The notes beneath the pieces are model-generated. The model was given only the letters and a program-made list of their open reading frames with translations. It was not told the DNA's origin and searched no databases. The translations under genes and the position numbers were made by a program. Below, piece after piece: positions 25,792 to 37,601 of a stretch of DNA of 64,000 nt. Position 1 is the first letter of the stretch. Each line of letters starts with the position of its first letter. The stretch is from Kudoa neothunni. Its lineage: Eukaryota; Animalia; Cnidaria. The stretch lies in assembly GCA_964304625.1 (NCBI GenBank), contig OZ199838.1:13537945-13601944 (forward strand), in the 5' to 3' direction.

Positions 25792-27261
25792 ATGAGCCAA
25801 CCAGTTGACGGTCACACTGAAAAAAATTCCCACAAATCGACTGAACAACGTTTACAGCATCCCACAACCCATGAGATTGAAACAATGGAACCAATGTTGA
25901 TACCCGATCCCAACAGATACGTTGTTTTTCCGTTGAAACGTTACGACATATGGGAGATGTATAAGAAAGCAGTGGCATCGGTGTGGACCGTGGAAGAGGT
26001 TGATTTGTCTAGAGATATAGCAGATTGGAAAAAACTTAATGTATTCCATCAATTCCATAGATAGATGCCATGAATAAATAATATTTTTTCAGAAAAACGA
26101 ACGTCACTTCATATCTCACATATTGGCATTTTTCGCCGCCAGCGACGGTATAGTTAATGAGAATTTGGTGGAATGTTTTGCGAGCGAAGTGCAATGGCCG
26201 GAAGCGCGATTTTTCTATGGATTCCAAATAGCTATTGAGAATATCCATTCGGAGATGTATAGTTTGCTTATTGAGACCTACATCAAGGATCCTATCGAGA
26301 AAGAGACACTATTCAAAGCATTAGAGCATGTGCCTACAGTGAGAATGAAGGCGAAATGGGCTCTTGATTGGATTAATCCTGAAAGGGTGAGAGTCTCAAC
26401 TCCCTCTTAAATTAGATTAGATTATGCTTGAGATATTTCTTAATTCGTTTTATTTAGGCACCCTACAGTGTCAGAGTGATGGCGTTTGCTATAGTTGAAG
26501 GTGTATTTTTCTCGGGTTCATTTGCCTCCATATTTTGGCTTAAAAAGAGGTTCTTAATACTGCTTTTATTGTCCCCTCTGTATACTAAATAATCACACAT
26601 GATATTAGGGGTTTAATGCCGGGCTTGTGTTTCAGTAACGAGCTTATTAGTCGCGACGAGGGATTGCACACTGATTTCGCTTGTCTAATGTTCCAATACG
26701 TTCGAGACAAACCCTCATATGAGATAGTTAAACAAATCATGTCTGAAGCTGTCTTAATCGAAAAAGAATTTTTCACTGAAGCTCTCCCTGTTAATCTTAT
26801 TGGTATGAACTGTGGCGAAATGTGCCAATACATTGAATTCGTTGCTGATCGTCTACTGGATGCTCTTGGTTACGAAAAAGTAATTAAATTTACAAACATT
26901 TATTTTTATCATGAATAAAAATCAACAGCATAAACATAAATTCCTGCATTAATGTCGAATTATATTGCATTTGCCAAATAGCAATATGTATCTAATGAAT
27001 AATTAGAAACATAATTTTCTCAGCTGAATGCGCAATCACAATATTGTTAGTCAGATAGATTAATCCGATTTTATGCTTGCTTCAAAATTTCTAACCACTT
27101 CTATTTAGTTATACAACACTGCCAACCCATTTGACTTTATGGAGAACATAAGTCTGGAAGGCAAGACAAACTTTTTCGAGAAACGTGTTGGTGAGTATCA
27201 ACGAGCGAGTGTATTATCGAAAGTGGAAGAGAGAAAATTCACGCTGGAAGCTGATTTTTAA
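25792..27261 (+). CDS. RRM2: Ribonucleotide reductase small subunit (R2), 5 exons
   Basis: [90 protein letters not shown] and C-terminal [13 protein letters not shown]...FTLEADF*. Confidence 0.97.
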
Positions 27262-27345
27262 TCCCCACGATAAAAAAAGTCCATGCACAAACACAACTAT
27301 AATACACTTTACACAATACTAGATTAATATTATTGTTGTGAGTTA

Positions 27346-27607
27346 TCACTCAAGTGATTTGTTGCGCATTGTTACAATTCTAACTTTCTCCGATTTTATC
27401 ACCTTGTTGGAACAACTGTGATAGGATAGTTTAATTGGTGGTGGTGGATTAGTAGTCGTAGCTTTATTGCTAAAAATCAATTCCGGATTTATACATTTAA
27501 CAGTAATGGGATTTACGAGTTGTCTATAAAACTTTCTTCTATTTGTTGTTCCGGTAAAATGTGATCCAAGGAATGTCCCTGATCGGCCACATTTGATGAA
27601 TCGTTGT
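27346..27607 (-). CDS. Possible terminal exon of an unidentified gene convergent with RRM2
   Basis: An 86-codon open frame after a TTTCAG acceptor, with coding-like GC; no recognisable domain and upstream exons unresolved. Confidence 0.3.
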
Positions 27608-28038
27608 CTGAAATAAAATATGTTTACAATTGGTTGAATTTTCAATAAAATTGATAACAATATTAAATTGCTAATTTAATTATAATTATCGTATGGAAGT
27701 GGCTATTGGCACGAAAATAATATTCGGGTGACACTAATTTTGTCGATATTAAATTATTGCTAGCATACTGCTTCGCTCTTAGGGGACATAAATAATTAAA
27801 TATGGCAGATTATAATAAATTAAATACAACAGGCAACCGATTTTCCATAATCCACATTGGACCAGAGAAAAGTTACTGAAAATGCTTCATTGACTGATTT
27901 TACGTGATTTTTACGCGCGCGGATAATTAAAGTATTTTGTATTAAGTATTATAATAAATTTCGTAATTATTATTTTTTTGATCGATTTCTGTGTTTTTAA
28001 CATAACTTAAAGAAAATCTGGAGGTTATGCATTTAAAT

Positions 28039-28090
28039 CGCTATCGCTATCACTATCGTTATCGTTATCATGATCATGATCATTATCATT
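28039..28090. repeat. Degenerate 6-bp tandem repeat
   Basis: CGCTAT CGCTAT CACTAT CGTTAT CGTTAT CATGAT CATGAT CATTAT CATT. Confidence 0.8.
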
Positions 28091-28289
28091 AATGTGGTTT
28101 TGAACCAAAATACTTTTGTATTTGTACGTTGAAAAATAAATTATTCGTGTATTTAGCTGCGATAGTAATTAACTTGTTGAATTTTCGGAAAAATATGAGA
28201 CTGATGTTATATCATTTAGTTTCATGATTTAAAGTTGAGCTACAAGTATATATCCATATGATGTTAAAAATATTATTCTAATTACTTGG

Positions 28290-29280
28290 TTGTATTTTAA
28301 ATGTTTCAACATCACTCTTGTTTTGGTATTCTATTTAAATCGAATGGATAAATTTTTATTGTCGTTAAAAAATCGTAATTCTTGTGATGGAAGATCAACA
28401 GAGTTTCGAACAACTCCCAGAAACGGGCCTATAAGATTGACTCATAAATCAATTTAGACACATTTTCTAGATGTGAATTGGATTCCAGATGTAACTCGAA
28501 ATTTACCTTAGAAAATTAAATTAGTACACGTTAAAATAATTAGATATTGTTTTTTCATTGAATAGTATAGTAGATTTCTTATATAAATTGCACAAAAAAG
28601 CCTGTAGAAGATCTTGCGGCGATAGCATCCAATTTGTTCTACTGGTTATAGTAACAATTCTGAATGCATAAATGGCCACCCAAGAAAATTGACCATTGCT
28701 TAATTGAGGACCGAGTTTAACCATAAAGTCTCTTAAAGTAATAAATTCTATTGAACTGAACTCTTTATTAATTTTTTAACATTTCAATCGTCCATAATAA
28801 ATCTAGGTTTTTGACCCTAATATCTTTAATAAATTATAATCTACAGTATAAAAATTATTATTTGATCCCTTTTTGAGAATATTTCTCCTGAATGAATCCA
28901 AACTTATTTTATACGAGAAAATCAATTAAACGTTATTGTTTCAGTATTTTTCAAAGCAGAAATAGGTATGAGATCAAAATTGCAAAATGTAAAAGATTTG
29001 TTGACTCTCATTAGCAAATTTTTAAACAATAGAAAAATAATAAATTTTTCTGTACAATGTAATGGATGTGATTAATTAAAACAAAGGATTTGGAAAATTG
29101 GGGTTGGAACAGAAAAATACATAAAATCAATAATCTCCATTTTCACATAAAAACTTATTTATAAATTATTTTTTTCTTGAAATTTTTAATTTTAATTACA
29201 TAAAATAAACTTTCTTAGTTTACAGAAATAGTTTTAACTCTGATAATGATAATTATACATGAGAGGAGAAAAAGTAAAAG
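28290..29280 (+). repeat. Unclassified ~1-kb dispersed repeat, copy B
   Basis: Reverse-complement homolog of 12160-13160. Confidence 0.75.
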
Positions 29281-29860
29281 TACGTAGAATCAGTGATTTA
29301 CTATATATAACAAGTTTGTATGAAGTTGTTGATTAGATTAAAATTCCCGGCGCGCATGCGTGCATGTCACGTAGAATTAAATTTTATCGTGCCAATAGTG
29401 CTTGCCGTATCATATAATGTAAGATTACTTTCATTTTCATCAATTTGAAGAATAATATTTGTCCCAATGACCTCTATAAAAGTGCATCGTAACATTTGGA
29501 CAGATAAATAAAAAGACTACCTTCCACCTTTCCTAAATACACATTCCCATTTATGGACAAGTAGACACCTGATTGCGCTTCGTCATACTATTCAAATCAA
29601 AAATTCATAATTTTAAAAATCCTCCATTAGATACAACTATTACATGAGCATCCATTGCACTATTGTTGTCGAAGTTTAGAGCCGACTCAACCTTCTCCCC
29701 GTTTGCAGTTGAATCTACCTCGTACACCAAAAACTCCTAACATTATCAAATTGTTATTTAAGCCGAATTAAACAGTTTTCCAGCTAACATAATACCTCGG
29801 ACCAATCACTCTCATGCGACATTGATGCTCGGTTAATCTCGTTGATTTTAAATAAAACTA

Positions 29861-31009
29861 ATGTCGAAGGTTGTTGCCGCATTCTACCGAATTAAACGCA
29901 TATTTTTGAATCCACAATTCGAAGAACTTTTACGTAACCGAAGAGAACTCCTAAAAAGATTTCTTCTATACAAAGATCTCTGCTATGGCACGTTTGTAGG
30001 AACTGATAAGTATGGCAATCGCTACTACCAAAATCTAGAAAGTCCATACGGTAGAAACAGATTCGTTCTCCACTACTATACAAATATGTTCTATGTGGAA
30101 GCTACAAATATCGATGTGGAATGGTTTCGATGGTTACATTACACTACAGGTTGGTTGACTGACTGGTAGACTAGAACGCGGGTTCCCAATCGTTTTTTAA
30201 TTTTTTATAATTTCATTACTATTTTGGAAGCTAAATTCAAATCTATCTTAAGGTTTTATATTGACAAAGCTAAGGCTAAATTTATTTGGATATAAAATTT
30301 TAATAATATGCGCGTACGCGATAAAAAATTTAATCATAATAACTTTTATTCACAATCCATATTCATATGTGATTTTTCAGAATATGGTATATTTAATTAA
30401 TTCTTAATATATCCTTCGTTCTGAGGATCTTAGAAGATAGAGATAACTGAATATAGTCGAAACTAATGACACCAGAGTATTATGTAACATAAGATATAAC
30501 AACTTTGAGCGTTTTATTAGTTTGTATCTCAAAAATTAATTACGAATAGAAGAGATTGATAGTGGCTTGATAAATAATTTTTAAGTACTTATTGCTTAAA
30601 CATTTATCGAATTTCTTCCAAAATCTTACTTGGGTTTAATATCTCTGAATAATATAACTCCTTAGAAATACTCAATTATGTATCAAATAGCATTATGTCA
30701 AAATTTTTCCTTCATATGATTTTAATGTCATTTAATTTATCCCCGATTGAGAACCCCTGAATTAAATTAAATCGATTGTCGTATTGAATAATTTAATATG
30801 TTTCTGTGTGTAATAACATAGACATTCCACCTAAAAGCTATCACCTGAGCGGAAAACCTTACACCAAACCCGAAGGAAATACCACTGGCACCAAATATGC
30901 ATTTTATCCTTACACAACCACCCCACCTAAGGTTTTGCCATGGGAAGGAAAACCTTTACGTTCGGATTTGAGCATTGAGCTCGAAAACACCGACAGTACG
31001 AAAAAATAG
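29861..31009 (+). CDS. NDUFA12: NADH dehydrogenase (complex I) accessory subunit A12, 2 exons (29861-30149, 30822-31009)
   Basis: GTFVGTDKYGNRYYQN...YGRNRFV, IDVEWFRWLHYTT|DIPP and NTTGTKYAFYPYTTTPPKVLPW are hallmark NDUFA12 motifs. Confidence 0.92.
30177..30759. mobile_element. hAT-derived non-autonomous element in the NDUFA12 intron
   Basis: CGCGGGTTCCCAATCG ... CGATTGAGAACCCCTG TIRs. The body is homologous to about 53660-53940, which ends GAGAACCACTG. Confidence 0.7.
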
Positions 31010-31180
31010 ACCATTTATATATAAAAAACGTCTTTATATAAAAATTTGTTTGATTGCCTATTAACATGTGTGATTTTCTATGGTGTTATAATGAGTTTAA
31101 TATATGTTTCATTCTTCTATTCAACAATGTGCATAATTTTGTAAAAAATTTTCAAATAATGGTGCTATGCGCGAATGACT

Positions 31181-34100
31181 TTAAGGATTGTTGCATGGCT
31201 TGCAGTACTTTAACGAACCCATCTAAACAACAAATAAATGCGTGTTATATTTTTTTATGATGCTGGATGAGTGATATACGAATAATAATAATCGCTAAGT
31301 ACCTGCATCTTCCTTTTTAAATAATACAGTAACTTTATTCGTGCGTTTATCTTCTTGATATTTGACCACTACCAACTGAAAATTACGCATTTTTCTATAA
31401 GGAGTGTCTTCAATAGATATTATGCTAGTTATCTGGACTGTGATCTAATTATTAGACAAATTGTGAAGGGATTGAATTGATGGGAAAGTATTACTGGGGC
31501 TGGTTCAGGTGAATAGGCCGTAGATATACGTTTCAACGAGGACTTGGCGGATAATTGAGGTAAATATTCAATAGTTTTATTCTCCACTCGAACATGAATT
31601 GGACCGTGCTTATGTTTCCCCATAATCATAGTCCCTTGGAAAAAGTGCTAAATATTCACGAATTAGAACACATACTGTATTCAAAATCAATTTTTACATG
31701 ATGCTTATTAACATTTAGTAACTGGCTGAATGAGGTATCGGTGGTGTCTTCCAAATCGTTATACTCAATGTGTAGAGTGAATACCGGTGGATCGTAATTC
31801 AACACTTTGTCATGTATATTGATGGGCACACCTTGGTTGTCTTCATGCTCGAAATAGAAAGCACTGGTCACCGGAGCACTTTGACCCCGCTTTTTGTAAA
31901 ATCTAATCATCAGATCACGTAAAGTGAAATCTTTGTCTGTGAACTCAAAGGTTGATTGACCTCTCGACCAAAATCTGAAACAATCTCAAACACTATCAAA
32001 CAACGCAAACACGTTACAATATAGCATGATATTTTCCTTGAACCTCCTTGGAGGATTTCATATTGATATCAGTTAATGGAATTGATAAGGGTCGTCCTTT
32101 ATGTAGCGTTTTCAATGAGATTTCATTCATCAGCGCCTCCTTTCGCAATTGGGCCACATTACATGATATAGCCAACTCACTAAACTGATAGTTTCCAATG
32201 TTTTTATTGTGATCTAATACTGGACAGAAACAATCATTATTTAGATATGTATTAGACAAGATTATAATAACCTGGCATATCTTCGTCTATATCCCCATCC
32301 TCATCCAAAATGTACAAATTATAACTACTCACATTGGTTTCCTAAATAGAAAGTGTTTTAACATTCACGATGTGAACAACTTTAATATTTGATCAATACT
32401 CTCGTGCCCAATGTTTATTTAAATTCAGAATGCAAAGAAAAAATATCATCTCTATGATGTTTTAATTTGAAGTTTTTCCCCGAAATAATTTTAAAATGTT
32501 ATTGTGATTTTTGTCTAGTTAAAAATGACTAAAAAATAATTTTAATAAATTTTATTGATAGAATACGCATTCAAAAATTTGGAATAGTGCCATTTTAAAC
32601 AACGTATTTTATTTTTAAGCATTATCGTAATTAATTTCATTTTTAGATTTTGGTTAGAATATAATTTTTCGTAATATAAATACATTCATATATATATATT
32701 TGAAAAGCTGGAGGATTAATTTAGAAAAGTTATATAGGGATTACTGTTGTGCATTATCTAATAAATCATTATTTATAATTGTATAGTATACCTACTTCAA
32801 CAAAAAAATAAATATAAAAACTAAATTTGTTATATCTCCATTTAAAAGCTTCAGCTTGAAATATTTTAGATAAGGAATAGTTTTGAAAATGAAGAATTGA
32901 CGCACATGCACGAAAAATTTGATCGACGTAAGCATATCGATTATATTAAATCATAGTTTACAAATTAGATAATATAACAAATTTCTAATGCATTTTAAGG
33001 ACAACGCGGAATTTTTACGTAGTTAAGACACATGCGAATAGGATATTTATTTAATTTTCATTTTCTCCTGTAATTTGAAGATGACTGATAAAAATTTTGT
33101 TGAGTGTTTTAGATTTATAAATCAATTAACTAACCATTTTAACATAACATATTATCCTTAGATTGCAAACAAAAAATTAGGGATTGAAAGGGTTAAATCA
33201 TTGGAGCAATGCTTCCCAACCCCAAATCAGGCTCCTCTCATTATGTATGAGGAAATAATTTTAATATTTTATTTTTAGAATTCGATCAATAAATAAATAG
33301 AAAATAAAAATCCAACTACGAGGATTATACCATAAATAGGAGAGTTATTGACTATTTTTACATTTGAATTTTATTTAGGCACTAGTTATTGACTGGGAAA
33401 TTTTTAATCCCGGAAACTCCTAAAAATATTTTTATAGTTGGTCTATAAAGTTTATCTTTTATAATTCGCCAAGTTTAATTATATTCCGTCCTTAAGAGTG
33501 GTAGCCATGGGCCAAAAATAATTAAATACAGTATAAACTATACTTGCCCGGATACTATGATCCGTGCCAACAGCCGCTTCCTTTTATTTAACTTAGGATC
33601 AAGTATTTATATAATTACATATATCAAACAAAATTTTGGTTATAACTATTAAAAAAAGATGTTGCATAAAATCTAGTTTTCAAAAAATATGTTAATAGTG
33701 AAAAAATAATCTTATCGTGTTTATTACTATCTATCTACTCAATTTAAATTGCGAAGCGACTCTATTTATATTATTTGTTTTGATTATATTGACTTATCAG
33801 TGTGTATTGGGAGAAATGTTGAGAAAACAACATCGAATCAATGTTTTCATTGAGTTGAAGATATAAAATTAATGATTTTTTTCTGAAATTATTTTCATAA
33901 AGTTAATCAATTTTTTCTAGATTTAAATTTGGGATTATCAATTAATAATAATTTTCATAAAAATCCCAATATTATGCACAAAAATGAATATTAAATTAAA
34001 AAAATACAAATGAGAAAAATAAAATTTTAATTAAAAATTAACCTCAAAAGATAGTTTTTTCAAATGATAATCACAAACTTGACTTATTATTATTATTTGG

Positions 34101-35695
34101 CTCGGATTTTTTTTCGGTGTTGTCACTTAGGAATGTCCTAAATGACTTCTAACCAATTTTTAATCGCTACATAACATTACTTTCAAATAATTTTAAAAGA
34201 ATGAAATATAAAGGTTTTGTTAATGATTAAAATATGATATAGATCAAACTGTTAAATGAATTTTTGATTAAGACGACTAAATTAAAGAAAATGTTAACGA
34301 CTTATGTAATTATCTATCTAAAACATTCATTTATAATACATATGTGAGTATTAACACTATAATATGAATACTTGAAATAATGTGTTAATATAAGTTTTTA
34401 ATATTACATTTTCGAATTTAATTATTATTTCTTTCGTTTGTCCAGATATTGTTTGGAAACTTACGTCAAACGCTATTCGGAGAAAAATCAATATAAAATA
34501 GTTAAATGAATTTGTTGTTAATCTAAACTTATCAGTTACAACAGTATTTATTATTTTGATTGTTTTTGATGGAGCCAAATTTTTCCATATAAAGATAGAT
34601 AGTAAATTTTGAGGTAACGAGAAATGATATTAACAAGGAGCACAAATAAAACTTAATCATTAATTATTATATAAATTAATTTAAAAATTACTGTAATCGC
34701 TTTTGGATATGAAGCTTCAATTTTGTATAGAATTAATCCAATGGCAGATTTCACCGGGGTAGTTGCTATAGAGGTTGTTTATAGAAACATATGGCATATA
34801 TATGATTAAATACGGCTGACGCAAATAGTTACATTTTCAACTTTTAATTCTTTATTCTAAAAAAGTTAAAAAATTTCATGTATTAATGCAACCGAATACT
34901 TCAAAAATTGAGTTTATTTTGATTGAATACGTCAACATTTTAACAACTCCAGGATTATTCTAAAAAAATAGATGACATATGCAACCAACAAAGCCGGAAA
35001 TCACTTTGATATCATATTGAATGTATTTGAGAAAAGGATTCATATTAATACCCACTTTCTCGATCAACAAAGTTAATGGAGACTTTTCACAAGAGAACGG
35101 TTTAGTGGTAGTGGTCTTATGAAGGGAAACGTCCATAGGCTTGAAATATTCTTGTCTAATTTTATCCATTTCTATAATAATTTAAAATTAAATTACAAAT
35201 ATAAATCTACTTGCTGAGTCATATAAAATTTTTTCATTCCATAACACAACCTTCGGTTCATTCTCTCTGTATTCATATATATCAATATATCAAGTTGAAA
35301 TGGATCTAAGCGGTGGTGATACTTGGGTTTGTCATTCGTTTCTTGAACGAACGAATTCACACTCATAAAATCTTCTTTATTGACCATATTTAACGAAGAC
35401 TTTGATTCATCATTGTCACTACATCCCCATCCACGCGATAATTGTTAATTATTAAGCGAGTCTCAATGAAAATACCTTTCTGAAAATAATTCCACTGTTT
35501 CGGCAGTAGCAGGTCTGCTTCGTACTTCAACACCCTCTCCATCGAATGACGCTTTTATGATACCTAGATTAGAACCAATTATTGTTGAGACATGATGAGG
35601 CACCAATAAAGATTCATTCTACCTGTAGTATCAACTGAAATGAGCTTGGTTCTTATTTTTCTTTTCAAATAATTTTTTTGATCGTAACAACTCAT
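31181..35695 (-). CDS. MAPKAP1: TORC2 subunit SIN1 (N-terminal, CRIM, RBD and PH regions); last exon and stop ambiguous (about 31150-31250)
   Basis: MSCYDQKNYLKRKIRTKLISVDTTG (SIN1 N-terminus), KSPLTLLIEK...NPFLKYIQYD, VKSAIGLILYK|ETNVSSYNLYILDEDGDIDEDMP|VLDHNKNIGNYQFSELAI (CRIM), FTLRDLMIRFYKKR (RBD), PH-like C-terminus. One long intron at about 32343-34690. Confidence 0.85.
33498..33580 (+). repeat. Short dispersed repeat family (other copies at about 27695-27800, 50011-50096, 53578-53610, 61540-61650)
   Basis: Shared GGGCCAAAAATAATTAAATACAGT...GGATA(C/T)TATGATCCGTG(C/T)CAA(C/T)AGCC(G/A)CTTCC motif in both orientations. Confidence 0.65.
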
Positions 35696-36940
35696 AATTT
35701 TTCTTTCTCAGTTATTGATCGATTAACTAGATGTTATTTAATATAGCATTCGATAATTATTAGATAAACAAGCTTACAAATCTTTTTACCAACCAACTTA
35801 ACAGTGTTTACGGAATCGTCTCAGTTCGACATCCTCTAAGCTCTTTACATAGATTATAGATCAGTTCTAATATTTTAATTTTAACATTGTTTGTATAAAA
35901 TAATTAGTTTTTTATTAATTCGTACATATTAATGAAAATGTAGAGTTAGTTTATTTATGTGCTTTATAACATACCGTGACTTGATAGACAAGATTGTAAA
36001 GTTACTTTGATCATAATGGTTGTTCAAACGACGATACAAACAAACTAATCACATACTATCAATACACAGCCAGAACCTGAGTACTGATTGGGTTGAAAAA
36101 ATCTATTAGTAAAATAACATGTGGATTACTCAAAGCTATAGATTGGAATAACCTGTCAAATTATATTAGATTAAATGATTGTTTTGATATGAATTTATTC
36201 CATTAAATTTTGTTCTATTTAGAATTTTCATTTATTATTAAGTAAGTGAAATTTAAAAGTAACAGTAAAATAATACTAAAATCAAGGGAGTTACAATAAT
36301 AATACCTGGTGTAGGATCCACATAGTAGAAGGATAACGACGATGGATAGACTCATGGGAGTCTGGCAATCAGACCACGACTTAAGAGGTCTCAACTTCAA
36401 AACCAGCCTCGGTCAGACTACTGCTTTTGTGCTGTATTCTTTTATCCCCTGACGGAATCTCTTTTATTAGGATGTAAGGTCGACATTGTACTTGTTGCGC
36501 CTACAATTATGATTCGGTATAATGGGATGGGTCTGTTAAGACTTTTGCTTCGTCTGGTCAAATTAGGAAATATTTTTTTTGTTTATAAGGTAAAACCTTA
36601 CGCACAACTTATTAGGTTGTGGAACCATAGCTTTTTAAACCATCCCCATCAACGCTGTAGGCACCGCAAAATGGATGAAATCTACCTTTCACCTCTAATC
36701 CTTCTGAAGTAATTTAACCCAATACAAGTCTCGTTTCTGTGACAACCTCAAACCTTATCCATAATGACCTTTTCCCTACAAAGATTTCAAGTCTGTTAAT
36801 GCATCCCAGATGATTCAAACATCTCATTCAACCTCCTCTGTTAGATAAGACTATAACCGCAGTTGAAAATACATTTATGGTGCAATCGCACTTTAACAAC
36901 CGTGGATATTACGGGATAGAGACACTCTGACGGAAACAAC

Positions 36941-37016
36941 AACTAACGGCAATGGGGCTTGAACCCAGTACCATCGGATATTGAATTCAGCAATTACATC
37001 ACTGGGATATCTGATC
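36941..37016 (-). mobile_element. tRNA-like (SINE) head; body probably extends to about 36300
   Basis: Minus-strand B-box GGTTCAAGCCC with a weak A-box about 40 nt upstream; no full cloverleaf. A GC-richer body ends near an ATT-repeat tail at about 36296-36303. Confidence 0.4.
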
Positions 37017-37601
37017 TTGGCATTAGATTAGGCTAAAAAATATTTCAGGCTCCACAAATCAAACGCCATTGAATTTGAAAACATGTAGTATCTAGGGTAA
37101 TGATTGACCAATATGAGAGCGCCCAGAAATTCGAATTCTCTCAATATCAAAGAAAAATAAGGCGAGGGGTCACATGTGAGGAATTTCTTAGCTTACAGGG
37201 CTCAATGATGAAGCCTGACCGGTCAGAACTTCAGCCTTATAAGTTGCATTAAGGGTCTTACAATCAGAACAACAGTAAACTTAGATTGTGGATATTTTTG
37301 TCTCACGAATGATAGTTACACGCAATCTAGATTAGATTACATTATTTGTTAACATATCAAATTTGAATAATAAGAGATAATACATCTTAAACCATAAAAC
37401 TTTCTAATATCCTTTTGAATTTTTCACCTCACAAATAATGAAAATATGATTGAAAATTATCCATTTTATCGCGTGTTATTGAATATATTTGAAAGTTTAT
37501 TGAAATGAAATAAATTTTGTTGGAAAGAATTATGATTGTTAAAGAAAACGTTTCCATTAAAAATATCTCTAAATAAAAATTTATTTAAAAAAATATATAA
37601 A

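Noticed and set aside
31429-32259. Initially considered a separate gene (SNAPC3-like)
   Set aside because: The exons splice in frame with the SIN1 CRIM exons across the 2.3-kb intron and follow the RBD/PH order.
36941-37016. Functional tRNA gene
   Set aside because: No convincing acceptor or anticodon stems; only a B-box, so treated as SINE-like.
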